From NCBI GenBank assembly GCA_963745035.1, contig CAVUVW010000009.1, forward strand, positions 1 to 58,414: a stretch of 58,414 nucleotides of DNA. The letters are read 5' to 3'. A program made the position numbers and the translations under genes. Positions 1-10,108 of the stretch are shown here, in pieces (positions within the stretch are counted from its first letter, which is position 1; every line of letters begins with the position of its first letter). The stretch comes from an uncultured delta proteobacterium (GTDB lineage Bacteria; Desulfobacterota; Binatia; UBA9968). A model generated the notes under the pieces. That model saw only the letters and a list, made by a program, of their open reading frames with translations, did not search any database and was not told where the DNA came from.

Positions 1-290
1 TCACGGTGGGTGGCGCTCACTTTTTCTCGGGCTGCGGGCGCGGAGTCGGTTGTGGCGGCTGGGGGGGACTCTTCCGGCGGCGGGTCGTCTTTTGCGGTCT
101 TCTCCGCCGATGCGTCTTCGACTTCCCGCTCCATCTGGCGAAATTCTTCCTTCAGATCATCGGTGGCGCGGCGAAATTCGGCGAGACCTTTGCCCAACGC
201 TTTGGCAAGCTCGGGAAGTTTTTTCGGCCCGAGAACGATCAAGGCGAGGCCCAGAATTAACAGCAATTCTGGCATGCCGATGCCGAACAT
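1..290 (-). CDS. tatA: Twin-arginine translocase TatA/TatB family subunit (3' end runs off the window)
   Basis: Manual translation from ATG at 290 gives [50 protein letters not shown], the TatA/B TM helix, hinge and amphipathic helix. Missing from the ORF track because no stop lies in the window. TatA vs TatB is uncertain. Confidence 0.9.
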   Translation of the reverse strand, partial: MFGIGMPELLLILGLALIVLGPKKLPELAKALGKGLAEFRRATDDLKEEFRQMEREVEDASAEKTAKDDPPPEESPPAATTDSAPAAREKVSATHR

Positions 291-375
291 GCCTGTACGC
301 TATGTGATTTCCTAAAACTTGGCAAGATTGGCCGGTGGTTTTGCAGCGCGGCACCGTAGATGTTAGCCTGATTGT

Positions 376-1404
376 GTGAAGCCGACAGCGGTAGTGGTCG
401 ATAAGGAATACTTGAAGCACGTTCCCGGCACCGGTCACCCGGAGCGGCCCGAGCGCATCCAGCCGCTGCTCGATCTCGCCGCGGGTTTGGACAAAGAGAA
501 GTTTGCGCTTCTGCCGCCGCGCAGTGCCGCCCGAACCGACGTCGAGCAGGTGCACGGCGCTGACCACGTGCGTCTGATCGAATCCACCTCGACGGCCAAC
601 CGCTATGCGCTCGACGGCGACACCATCACGTGCCGCGACTCCTTCGGCGTCGCTCTGCTGGCCACGGGCGGTTTTTTGACCGTGCTCGACGCGATCGCCG
701 CAAACGACAGCGCGAACGGCTTCGCGCTGGTCCGGCCGCCCGGTCACCACGCCCTGCCGGACCGGGCCATGGGTTTTTGCCTGTTCAACACGATGGCCAT
801 CGGCGCCGCGTACTTGAAGCGCCGGCACGGCGCAAAAAAAATCATGATCGTCGATTGGGACGTGCACCACGGCAACGGCACGCAGGAGATTTTTTACGAC
901 GATCCGTCGGTGCTGTTCGTCTCGAGTCATCAGTTTCCTTTTTATCCGGGCACGGGCTCGATCAACGAAGTCGGCGCCGGCGCGGGCGAAGGATACACGA
1001 TCAACGTGCCGCTGCCGGCGGGCTGCGCCGATCGGGAATATTTGCAGGTCTTTCAAGACGTGGTCGTCGCCGCGGCGGAAAAATTTGCGCCCGAGTGGTT
1101 GCTGGTTTCCGCCGGCTTCGATCCGCACCGCCGCGACCCGCTCGGCGGCATGGAGGTGAGCGAGGAAGGATTCGCCGTCATGGCGCGCGCGCTCGTCGAG
1201 CAAGCGGCGAAGCTCGCCGGCGGACGCATCGCGTTCTTGCTTGAGGGAGGCTACGATCTCGCGGCGCTGCGAGACTCGGTGGCCGCGGTGTTGGCCGAGC
1301 TGCAAGCGCCGCAAAGGAGCGCGCTCGGCGCGCTGCGGCTGGCCGACAGCGGCGTCGAGCCGATTCTGCGGCGCGTGCTGCAAGTTCATGAAAAGTATCG
1401 CTAA
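376..1404 (+). CDS. Zn-dependent histone deacetylase / acetylpolyamine amidohydrolase family protein
   Basis: Motifs HPERPER, RPPGHHA, GFCLFN, DWDVHHGNGTQ, SAGFD, LEGGY. Confidence 0.95.
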   Translation: MKPTAVVVDKEYLKHVPGTGHPERPERIQPLLDLAAGLDKEKFALLPPRSAARTDVEQVHGADHVRLIESTSTANRYALDGDTITCRDSFGVALLATGGFLTVLDAIAANDSANGFALVRPPGHHALPDRAMGFCLFNTMAIGAAYLKRRHGAKKIMIVDWDVHHGNGTQEIFYDDPSVLFVSSHQFPFYPGTGSINEVGAGAGEGYTINVPLPAGCADREYLQVFQDVVVAAAEKFAPEWLLVSAGFDPHRRDPLGGMEVSEEGFAVMARALVEQAAKLAGGRIAFLLEGGYDLAALRDSVAAVLAELQAPQRSALGALRLADSGVEPILRRVLQVHEKYR

Positions 1405-1498
1405 AGCAAATTCCTATTGACCCTCCTTGGCGACTCATCTATGTTGACTTGGACCTAAACGTTTCAGCTCCGCTACAGATCGGTTAAGTATTGCGACC

Positions 1499-2743
1499 AT
1501 GAATGAACAACGCAGAGTTGTCGTGAGCGGGCTTGGTTTAGTCTCGCCGCTGGGAACCGGCGTGAGGAAAAACTGGCAAGCGCTGCTGGAAGGCCGCTCC
1601 GGCATTCGCAAGATCACGCGCTTTGATGCGGAGGGATTTGCCGCGCGCATCGCCGGCGAGGTGCCGGATTTCAAAGCCGAGGACTACGTCGAGCCCAAAG
1701 AGATCAAGAAGATGGATCTCTTCATTCAATACGCCCTCGGCGCCGCCGCCGAAGCAATGGACGACAGCCGCCTGAAAATCGATGGCGAATTCGCCGAAGG
1801 CGTCGGCGTGATCATCGGCGTCGGCCTGTGCGGCATCGAAACCATCGAAGTAACCAAAGAAGCGTTGCTGAGCGGCGGGCCGCGCAAGATCTCGCCATTC
1901 TTCATTCCCAAAGTGATCTCCAACCTGGCGCCAGGGCAGGTGGCGATTCGCTACGGCGCCAAGGGCGTCAACTGGACGCCGACCTCGGCCTGTGCGTCCG
2001 GCACCCATGCAATCGGCGAAGCGTTTCATCTGATTCGCCGCGGCGTGCAGGACGCCGTGATTACCGGCGGGGCAGAGTCGGCAATCACGCCGCTCGGCGT
2101 CGGCGGGTTCGCCGCCATGAAGGCGCTTTCGACGCGTAACGACGAGCCGGAAAAAGCCAGCCGGCCCTTCGACAAGGCGCGCGACGGTTTTGTCGTCGGC
2201 GAAGGCTCCGGCATTCTGATTCTCGAGGAGCGCGAGCGCGCGCTCCGGCGCGGCGCGAAAATTTACGCCGAGGTGATCGGCTACGCCGCCAACGGCGACG
2301 CCTATCACATGACCGCGCCGTCGCCGGACGGCGAGGGCGCGGCGCGCTGCATGCGCCTGGCGCTGAAGGACGCCGGGCTCGCGCCCACCGACGTCGACTA
2401 CATCAACGCGCACGGCACCTCGACGGAGTACAACGACGCCAACGAAACCACGGCGATCAAGGCGGTGTTCGGCGAGCAGGCGGCCAAGCTGGCGGTCAGC
2501 TCGACGAAGTCGATGACCGGCCACCTGCTCGGCGCCGCGGGCGCGATCGAGGGCATCTATTCCGCGCTTGCGCTCTACCATGGCATGCTGCCGCCGACCA
2601 TCAATTATGACAACCCCGACCCGGAGTGCGATCTCGACTACGTGCCCAACCGGGCGCGCAAGGCCGACATCGACGTGGCGCTGTCCAATTCCTTCGGCTT
2701 CGGCGGCACCAACGGCTGCGTCATTCTCCGGAGGGCGCAATGA
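1499..2743 (+). CDS. fabF: 3-oxoacyl-ACP synthase II
   Basis: Cys-His-His triad in [14 protein letters not shown] and GHLLGAAG; ends [10 protein letters not shown]. Confidence 0.97.
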   Translation: MNEQRRVVVSGLGLVSPLGTGVRKNWQALLEGRSGIRKITRFDAEGFAARIAGEVPDFKAEDYVEPKEIKKMDLFIQYALGAAAEAMDDSRLKIDGEFAEGVGVIIGVGLCGIETIEVTKEALLSGGPRKISPFFIPKVISNLAPGQVAIRYGAKGVNWTPTSACASGTHAIGEAFHLIRRGVQDAVITGGAESAITPLGVGGFAAMKALSTRNDEPEKASRPFDKARDGFVVGEGSGILILEERERALRRGAKIYAEVIGYAANGDAYHMTAPSPDGEGAARCMRLALKDAGLAPTDVDYINAHGTSTEYNDANETTAIKAVFGEQAAKLAVSSTKSMTGHLLGAAGAIEGIYSALALYHGMLPPTINYDNPDPECDLDYVPNRARKADIDVALSNSFGFGGTNGCVILRRAQ

Positions 2744-3729
2744 GCGGGCAGCGGCGCAGCGCAATCTTGGGCATGGGCTCCGAGGTGCCCGGCAAAGTCA
2801 TCACCAATCACGATCTGGAAAAAATCGTCGACACCAGCGATGAATGGATTACCGTGCGCACCGGCATCAAGGAGCGGCGCGTGCTCGAAGACGGCAAGGG
2901 CAATGCCGACATGGCGTTTCAGGCGGCGCGCCGCGCGCTCGCCGACGCCGGCATGGACGCCAAGGAGCTCGACGCGATCATCATGGGCACGGTGACGCCC
3001 GACTATCCGTTTCCGAGCTCGGCGTGCGTGCTGGAAAACATGCTCGGCGCGCGCGATGTGTTTTCCCTGGACGTTGCCGCGGCGTGCTCGGGATTTCTCA
3101 ACGCGCTCGCGGTCGCCGATTCGTTCATCCGCACCCGCAGCATCAACAACGCACTGGTCGTCGGCTCCGACGCGCTCAGCCGCTTGCTCAACTGGCAGGA
3201 CCGCAGCACCTGCATTCTGTTCGGCGACGCGGCCGGCGCGGTGGTCTTGGGCGCGACCGAAAACGGCTCGGGAGTGCTGAGCACCAAGCTGCGTACCGAC
3301 GGCTCATACGTGAAAACGCTCTATGTGCCCGCCGGCGGCTCGCTCAAACCGGCCACCGCCGACACCGTGCGGCGCAACGAGCACACGATCACGATGAACG
3401 GCAAGGAAGTGTTCAAGATCGCGGTGCGCTCGATGGAGGACATCAGCCGCCAAGCCTTGGCCGAGGCCGAGGTCGATATCAGTCAAGTCGCGCTGGTGAT
3501 CCCGCACCAAGCCAACCGCCGGATCATCGTCGCGCTGGCCGAGCGCCTCGGCGTGCCGATGGAAAAGGTCATGGTGAACGTCGAAAAATACGGCAACACC
3601 TCGGCAGCGTCCATCCCGGTAGCGCTAGACGAAGCCAAGCGCCAGGGGCGCGTCAAGCCCGGCGATATTGTGCTGCTCAATTCCTTCGGCGGCGGCTTCA
3701 GCTGGGGCGCCGCCGTGGTGAAGCTCTAA
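2740..3729 (+). CDS. fabH: 3-oxoacyl-ACP synthase III
   Basis: [33 protein letters not shown] at 2740 overlaps the fabF stop (ATGA). Confidence 0.96.
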   Translation: MSGQRRSAILGMGSEVPGKVITNHDLEKIVDTSDEWITVRTGIKERRVLEDGKGNADMAFQAARRALADAGMDAKELDAIIMGTVTPDYPFPSSACVLENMLGARDVFSLDVAAACSGFLNALAVADSFIRTRSINNALVVGSDALSRLLNWQDRSTCILFGDAAGAVVLGATENGSGVLSTKLRTDGSYVKTLYVPAGGSLKPATADTVRRNEHTITMNGKEVFKIAVRSMEDISRQALAEAEVDISQVALVIPHQANRRIIVALAERLGVPMEKVMVNVEKYGNTSAASIPVALDEAKRQGRVKPGDIVLLNSFGGGFSWGAAVVKL

Positions 3730-3787
3730 TCGCTGCCGGGTTAATTGCCCGCACTTCCTCGTTAAACCAATTTCCTTTTCGAAGACC

Positions 3788-3848
3788 GTCATTCCCGCAT
3801 GCTTTTGGCGGGAATCCAGGCAATCCGGAACTGGCCCCCGGGGGTGAC
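3788..3848. repeat. REP-like palindrome (GTCATTCCCGC...GCGGGAATCCAG family) with degenerate partner
   Basis: GTCATTCCCGCatgcttttgGCGGGAATCCAG between convergent fabH and pncB; second copy at 38571. Confidence 0.75.
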
Positions 3849-3937
3849 AGCTTTGAGACAGATCTCTTGCCGAGTTCTGATACCCGGGTGCTTGCAGCGG
3901 GGTTCTTCATTGTTCCCCGCCAACGGCGCCGGGCAAT

Positions 3938-5254
3938 TCAGAAATTCTTGGCGGCAATTTCTTCGCGCAGGGCGGCGAGCTGCGGGCTGAACTCGACGGG
4001 AAAGCGGCCCGGCGCGCGAATCGCTTTCACGCCTTCGGGAAGCGCGGCGAGATCGGCGGCGAGCAATTCGCGCATTTCCGCTAAACTCGGCGAAGGCGAG
4101 CGGCGTCGGCCGCCGCGCATGACCTCTTGAAGCAAGGGCTCGCCGGGAAGATTTTCCGCGCGCAAGCCGATCACGTCTTTTTCCCTTTGCCGGAAGAGCT
4201 GCTTCTTCCCCGGCCACGACGCCTTGCCCGCGCTCAGCTTCAACACCGCGCGCTCTTCATATTCCACGAGCTTGTAGGCCACATCCGCCCACGGCGCATC
4301 GGCGGACACGCCCATCTTGGTGCCGACGCCGTAGCTGTCGAACGGCGCGGCGGCCAGGCGCTCGAGCTCGAACTCGTCGAGGCCGCCGCTGCCGATGATT
4401 TTCACTTCAGTGAGTCCGGCTTCGTCGAGGATGCGCCGCACTGCGGCGGCCGACTCGGCCATGTCGCCGCTGTCGATGCGCACGCCGAGAAGCTTCTCGC
4501 CCCGGCGCGCCATTTCTCGCGCCACAATGACGGCATTTCGGGCGCCAGCCAGGGTGTCATAGGTGTCGATCAGCAGGATCGCCTGGCGCGGAAAGGTTTC
4601 GACGTAGGCGCGAAAAGCGTCGATCTCGCGCGCAAAGCTCGACACGAAGGAGTGCGCCATGGTGCCGACCAGCGGAATGCCGTAGCGCTGCCCGGCCAAG
4701 ACGTTGCTTGTGCCGGCGAAACCGGCGAGGTAGCTGGCGCGCGCGACTTTCATGCCGGCGTCGGCGCCCTGGGTGCGGCGCAGCGCAAAATCGACCATGG
4801 GCCGACTGCCCGCGGCCCGGACGCAGCGCGCCGCTTTGGTAGCGATCAAGCTCTGCAGGTGAATCTGGTTGATAATGAACGTCTCGACGATCTGCGCCTC
4901 GATGATCGGCGCGGTCAGTTCGAGCGCCGGCTCACCGGCGAAAAAAATCCGTCCTTCGGGCAGCGCGAAGACCTGGCCGGAAAAGCGCAGGCCGCCGAGA
5001 TAGTGCAAAAAATCGTCGGAGAAAAGTCCCTTGGAGGCGAGAAAATCGAGCGCCGCCGCCTCGAAGGCGAAGCTTTCGAGATAATCCAGAACGTCTTGCA
5101 AGCCGGCGGCGACGAAATAGCCGCGCTCGGGCGGGTAGGAGCGAATAAACAGGCTAAAGGTCGCCGGCGCCATGCGCCCGGCGCGAAAATAAGCCTGAGC
5201 CATGGTGAGCTGGTAAAGGTCGGTGAGCAGAGTGAGATTTTCGCCGGCGGCCAT
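3938..5254 (-). CDS. pncB: Nicotinate phosphoribosyltransferase
   Basis: LLTDLYQLTM, DFALRR, GTSNV, GTMAHS, LIDTYD, VRIDSGD. Confidence 0.96.
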   Translation of the reverse strand: MAAGENLTLLTDLYQLTMAQAYFRAGRMAPATFSLFIRSYPPERGYFVAAGLQDVLDYLESFAFEAAALDFLASKGLFSDDFLHYLGGLRFSGQVFALPEGRIFFAGEPALELTAPIIEAQIVETFIINQIHLQSLIATKAARCVRAAGSRPMVDFALRRTQGADAGMKVARASYLAGFAGTSNVLAGQRYGIPLVGTMAHSFVSSFAREIDAFRAYVETFPRQAILLIDTYDTLAGARNAVIVAREMARRGEKLLGVRIDSGDMAESAAAVRRILDEAGLTEVKIIGSGGLDEFELERLAAAPFDSYGVGTKMGVSADAPWADVAYKLVEYEERAVLKLSAGKASWPGKKQLFRQREKDVIGLRAENLPGEPLLQEVMRGGRRRSPSPSLAEMRELLAADLAALPEGVKAIRAPGRFPVEFSPQLAALREEIAAKNF

Positions 5255-5394
5255 GGTTCAGTTGACCGCCAGTGTAGTGAAAAGAAATCTCGGAGTAAAG
5301 CAACCGTACGGCGCGCTCTGTTGCTTTATCAGAGCCGTTTTGTTACAGATTTTCGTGAGCCGCGGCGGGTAATTAGCACCACAGGAGGAGATCG

Positions 5395-6118
5395 ATGTTC
5401 AGCGACAAAATCGAGTTGAAGGACTTTGAGAAGCAAGATCCCGAATACCAAGATTTGCTGCGCCGGGTGCTGGCGATCCAGGCCGATTGCGAGATCGGCG
5501 GACCGAATCTTTACGTCAAGCATATTCTCCCCGACGCGCCCACCAAGCTGGACCAGTTGATCGTCGCACGCACCGCGGCCGAGGAGATGGACCATTACCG
5601 AAAAATGGCACGCCTGGCCGGCGACATCGGCGTCGACGTATCCTTCGTGCTCAGCCGCACGAACCAGGAGCGCTACGTGGAGGCGTTCCGCGGCGAGATC
5701 AAGACCTGGGAAGACTTCGCGGTCTTCGGTTTCCTCATCGACCGGGTCGGCCGCTTCCAGCTCGAGGAGTTCATCGACTGCACTTATGTGCCGCTCGCCC
5801 GCGTGGTTGAAGATCCCGATGTCATCCGCGAAGAAGAGGGGCACATCGATTTCGGCACCAACATGTCGGCAGAATGGGCTGCCAAAGGCGGCGAGCATAA
5901 AGAGCGGATCCAGAAGGCGGTCGATTACTGGTACGTCAAGGGACTCGACATGTTCGGCAACTCGAAGTCGTACCGCTCCGAGCGCTATATGTTCTGGGGT
6001 CTCAAGCGCCGACCCAATGCCATCGCGCGCCAGCAGTATAAGGACGAAGTCGACGGTTTGCTGACCAAGATGGGGCTCGACAATCCCCGATCCGAACCAG
6101 GGGCGCCTCTACACATAG
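5395..6118 (+). CDS. Ferritin-like di-iron protein of the PaaA/PaaC (phenylacetyl-CoA epoxidase)/BoxB superfamily; +1 frameshift near 6079
   Basis: RBS AGGAGGAG. Ligand pattern ADCE, EEMDH, IDR, EEEGH plus the Paa-like tail QKAVDYWYVKGLDMFG..WGLK. Removing one base at about 6079 gives MGLTIPDPNQGRLYT* (TAG 6116-6118). Confidence 0.8.
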
Positions 6119-6121
6119 GGT

Positions 6122-6188
6122 GGTTTCGTGTCTCGGGTCCCGGCGCTTTCGGCTCAACCCGAGACTGCAAACCTGAAACTCGAGACCT
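6122..6188. repeat. Heptamer-periodic inverted repeat
   Basis: Left arm GGTTTCGTGTCTCGGGTCCCGG; right arm AACCCGA-GACTGCA-AACCTGA-AACTCGA-GAC. Confidence 0.6.
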
Positions 6189-6204
6189 AAAGGCGAGGAA
6201 TTTC

Positions 6205-6396
6205 ATGGAAGCAGCACCGAACACCGAGGCGTTGGACGAACAATTCAAGGAATTCATCCAGGCGTTGAAGAGCGCCGTGGGCTCGGCCATGCCGCATCTC
6301 AAGGACGATCCGCAGACGGTCGACAAGGCGCTCGCAGATTGCAAGGAGATTCTCGACGTGGTCATGGAGGGCAACGTCAAAGAGTGGCTCGCGTAA
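6205..6396 (+). CDS. Small acidic helical hypothetical protein (63 aa)
   Basis: GAGGA RBS then ATG 6205: MEAAPNTEALDEQFKEFIQALKSAVG...NVKEWLA; GC3-rich codons. Confidence 0.7.
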   Translation: MEAAPNTEALDEQFKEFIQALKSAVGSAMPHLKDDPQTVDKALADCKEILDVVMEGNVKEWLA

Positions 6397-6510
6397 GCCC
6401 ATGAACCGTCCGGACCGCCGGGTCCGCTCATCGAATGGTTTGTCAAAGGCGCCTTGGTTCTACAGGCGCCTTTGTGCATCAGAAACAATTTCCAGCCAGG
6501 GAGAAAAACA

Positions 6511-7290
6511 TTGAACGTCGTCGTCTGCGGCAAGGTGATCCCCGCCAGCTCGGTGACCATCGAAATCGATCCCAACACCAAGCGCATGGCGCGCAAGGGC
6601 GTGCCGCATGAGCTCGATCCGGCGGCGGCCAGCGCCGTCGAAGAGGGGCTGCGCCTCACAGAGAAACACGGCGGCGGGGTGACTTTAATTACGATGGGCA
6701 CGAGCGATGCAACGATCGGCATCCGCAACGCCTTGGCCATGGGCGCGGCCTCAGCCGTGCATATTCTCGACGAAGCGGTGGCCGGCTCCGATACTTTGGG
6801 AACCGCCAAGCTGCTCGCTGCGGCGATCAAGAAGCAGGAATTCGATCTGGTGATCTGCGCCACCGAGAGCAGCGACAGCTACTCGGGCATCGTGCCCGGG
6901 CAAATCGCGCATTTTCTCGGCGTGCCGCCGGTGACCTTCGCGAAGGAGATCGCTGTGGAGGGCGGCAAGATCACGATCAAGCGCCAGAGCGAGAGCGGCT
7001 ATGACGTGGTCGAAGCGAGCTTGCCGGCGCTGGTGGCGTGCAGCAGCGGCATCAACGAGCCGCGCTATCCGCAGCTCAAGGGCATCATGGCGGCGAAGAA
7101 AAAAGAGATCAAAGTCTACACCGCCGCCGATCTCGGTCTGGCGGCGGATCAGGTCGGCGAAAAGGGCGCGCGCGAAAAAGTCTTGACCATCGGCCGGCCG
7201 CCCAAGCGCCAGGCCGGCAAAGCGGTGGCCGACGAGGGCGAAGGCGGTAAACAGATCGCGGACTTTCTCGCTGAAATCAAGGTGATTTAA
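6511..7290 (+). CDS. etfB: Electron transfer flavoprotein beta subunit
   Basis: TTG start; VVVCGKVIP, ALAMGA, GSDTLGTAK, INEPRYP.LKGIMAAKKK. Confidence 0.95.
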   Translation: MNVVVCGKVIPASSVTIEIDPNTKRMARKGVPHELDPAAASAVEEGLRLTEKHGGGVTLITMGTSDATIGIRNALAMGAASAVHILDEAVAGSDTLGTAKLLAAAIKKQEFDLVICATESSDSYSGIVPGQIAHFLGVPPVTFAKEIAVEGGKITIKRQSESGYDVVEASLPALVACSSGINEPRYPQLKGIMAAKKKEIKVYTAADLGLAADQVGEKGAREKVLTIGRPPKRQAGKAVADEGEGGKQIADFLAEIKVI

Positions 7291-8259
7291 GTGGCGGACA
7301 CAATCTGGGTATACGCGGAGCTGAGCGACGACAGGATTACTACTACGTCGCTCGAAATGCTCGCCAAGGCGAGCGAAGTGGGCACTGCGGAAGCGATCCT
7401 GCTCGGCCCGGCTCCGGAAGAAGCGGCGCAGACTCTGGCAAAACATGGCGCGAGCAAAATCTACCGCTCGGCCGATCCGGTCTATCGTGATTACTTGACC
7501 TTGCCCGCGGCCGAAACCGTCGCCGCGATGATTGAGCAACACAAGCCGGCGGTGATGCTGTTCGCGTCGAGCTACAGCGGCCGCGACCTCGTCGCCAACC
7601 TGAGCGCGCGGCTCGACTGCGGCGCGATTACGGATGTCGGCGACTTTCAATTAAAAGACGGCAGCGTGGAGGCGACCATCCCCGCGCTCGGTGCGAGCTA
7701 TCAAAACACCAGCACCTTGGTGAGTACCGGCACCAAGCTTCTGGTCGTCCGGCCGAAATCGTTCGAGCCCAAAGTCAACGAGCAGCCGCTCAACATCGAA
7801 GAAATCGCCGCCGCGAGCGGCGAGGAGCTGAAAAAAGTTCACATGAAAGAGCGGGTGGCGATCAAGCGCGAAGGTCCGTCGCTCGAAGGCGCGAAGATCG
7901 TCGTCTCCGGGGGGCGTGGGCTCAAGGGCGAAGAGCACTTCGCCATGCTCAAAGACCTCGCCGATGCGCTCGGCGGCGCCGTCGGCGCCAGCCGCGCCGC
8001 GGTGGACGCCGGCTGGGTGCCCTACGCCATGCAGATCGGCCAGACCGGCAAGACCGTGAAGCCCGACATCTACTTCGCCGTCGGCATTTCCGGCGCGGTG
8101 CAGCACCTCTCGGGTATGAAGACCGCCAAGTACATCATCACCATCAACAAAGACGCCGACGCGCCGATCTTTCAATACTCTGATTTCGGCATCGTCGGAG
8201 ACCTCTTCAAAGTCGTCCCGCAGTTGATCGAGGAGCTGAAAAAACGCAAAGGCGCCTAA
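7291..8259 (+). CDS. etfA: Electron transfer flavoprotein alpha subunit
   Basis: VVSGGRG, GASRAAVDAGW, QIGQTGKTV, GISGAVQHLSGM, INKDADAPIF. Confidence 0.97.
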   Translation: MADTIWVYAELSDDRITTTSLEMLAKASEVGTAEAILLGPAPEEAAQTLAKHGASKIYRSADPVYRDYLTLPAAETVAAMIEQHKPAVMLFASSYSGRDLVANLSARLDCGAITDVGDFQLKDGSVEATIPALGASYQNTSTLVSTGTKLLVVRPKSFEPKVNEQPLNIEEIAAASGEELKKVHMKERVAIKREGPSLEGAKIVVSGGRGLKGEEHFAMLKDLADALGGAVGASRAAVDAGWVPYAMQIGQTGKTVKPDIYFAVGISGAVQHLSGMKTAKYIITINKDADAPIFQYSDFGIVGDLFKVVPQLIEELKKRKGA

Positions 8260-8848
8260 CGCAGTCTTGCATTTTGTTGACCTCAAAACTTTCCGGCATC
8301 TTTGGAGTTTGCGTTTTGAGGGCTGGCGTACGCGAATTTAACTTTTAACGTTCAAGAGTTCATGATTTGGGCAAAACCCCTCTCGCAAACGTTTGCGTGA
8401 TTGGAATCAAAAGAGCGCGGTTTGATTCCTCAGCCGTCCTTCTTCACGAACCGCACAGTTGCAAGAGTTCAAAACGGTTCAAACCTTTTATCCCCCGAAT
8501 CTAGTCCGGGGTTAGTCGACTTTCACGAATTCTCTCAACGCTGAAACGATCGAAAATCGTGAGCTTGGCAGCAGAGCAAGGACATTGTTCCAGCGGGCGC
8601 GAAGAGAACGTTTCTCCACAGGGCATGTTGCTGGCGGCATCGATGTAAAGCCTCTGGCGGAGTAAATCATGGTGGACCCCAAATCATGAGTGGCCGCGCG
8701 TGAATTAAACGCTGGGACATAGCCTCGCTGACCCGTGAAACGCTTTGCGGAGCCTTGACAGGTAACCCTTCGCCGCAATAAAGGTCGCGCAGGTGAATTC
8801 CAATCGTGTTTGCCGAGGGCGTGTGTGTAGACGTGAGAGGAGGTAAGA

Positions 8849-9965
8849 ATGACCAACCATCATGAAAGCGTCACGTTCCGTATGGCGCTTACCGTATCGG
8901 TTGTAGTCTTTTTATTTACGGGTTTGCTCAACTCCGCCTTCGCGGCTTCCGCCGAGGAGGTTTACGCGTCGCTGGCCAAAATGCCCAAGGAGCAGCGCCA
9001 GAAAACCATTCTCGAGAGAGCGCAAAAAGAAGGCAAGGTCGTCGTCTACGGGGCGACGGAGGAGTCGATCGTCAAAGGCATCATCGCCGGCTTCAACAAG
9101 AAGCATCCCGGAATCAAAGTCGATTATCTGAGGGAAGTAAGCACTGCGATACTTTCCAAGGCCATGATGGAAGTCAACGCCGGACGCTGGAGCTGGGACA
9201 TGCTGTCGGTTGGGCCCGGCTATAACGACGTCAAGCAGGCGAAAGCCGCCGCTCGACATTACGGGCTGGTGGTGGAAGACGAGTATCCGAAGCAGTTTCT
9301 CGGCAGCGATTGGTTCGGCTTCGAGATCCTTCCCTTGGTCATCGCCTACAACAAGAGCCTGGTGAAACCGGCGGATGTTCCGAAAAGTTACGGCGATCTG
9401 CTCGATCCCAAGTGGAAAGCGAAAGTGGCCATCGACGTCAATCCCGACAATCTGCTAACGGCGATGATCAAGAAGTGGGGCAGGGAAAAGACCGCCGACT
9501 GGCTCGACAAGTTTATGAACGGCAATCAGGCTTTGATTCGCCGAGGTCATACCGTGCAGACGCAGCTGCTCGCCTCCGGCGAATATCCGATCGCCTCCGA
9601 AGTTTATGCCTACCGCGTCGAGCAATTGATGGAAAAGGGCGCGCAAATCGATTGGCTCGTGGCGGCGGATGTGGCCGAGGCCGAGGTGCCGGGCTATGTG
9701 ATTTCGCGGCAGGCGCCCAATCCTTACGCGGCGCTCCTCTTTGCGCAATACCGAGCCTCTCAAGAGGGCCAGAGCGTTGCCGGAGGGTACGGCCGGATCG
9801 GCGTGCACCCGCAGTCGGAGCTGAAGTACCCGCGGTTGCGCGAGCTGGTCAAGAGTCCCACCTTGGAGCGGCTCGACTCTCATCACTGTCGAAGACCAGA
9901 AGCTCTGGGACCAGGCAAGCGAGCTGATCCAGAAATATGTCGCGCCTCGGGTAAGAGCGAAATGA
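8849..9965 (+). CDS. ABC transporter substrate-binding protein (Fe3+/thiamine/AfuA-like); +1 frameshift near 9874
   Basis: Signal peptide; AQKEGKVVVY, AYNKSLV, DLLDPKWK, APNPYAALLF. Corrected tail LTLITVEDQKLWDQASELIQKYVAPRVRAK* (TGA 9963-9965). Confidence 0.85.
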
Positions 9966-10108
9966 GGAATGGGCAAGAGATTGATCTAAACTTCGCGGCG
10001 TAATCTGAATAATCTCAACCGAGGAGTTCGCGTTCAAGAGCTCAAGCGCGTCAACGGCTTTCGGAGCGCGTAAACTCTCGAACTCGTGAACTATCGACCA
10101 CTGCGCTC

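Noticed and set aside
157-5419. Long antisense ORFs (157-1389, 1538-2764, 4127-5419, and similar ones such as 27560-29056 and 37460-38530)
   Set aside because: Shadows of well-supported genes in high-GC DNA; Arg/Ala/Gly-rich with no motifs.
5395-6396. 333-aa fusion of the PaaA-like protein and the downstream small protein (ORF track)
   Set aside because: The linker translates an inverted repeat; a one-base correction gives a natural stop at 6118, and the second part has its own RBS and ATG.
8512-8856. Minus-strand 114-aa ORF in the etfA-SBP spacer
   Set aside because: It overlaps the SBP start and promoter region, has atypical codon usage and no recognisable motif.
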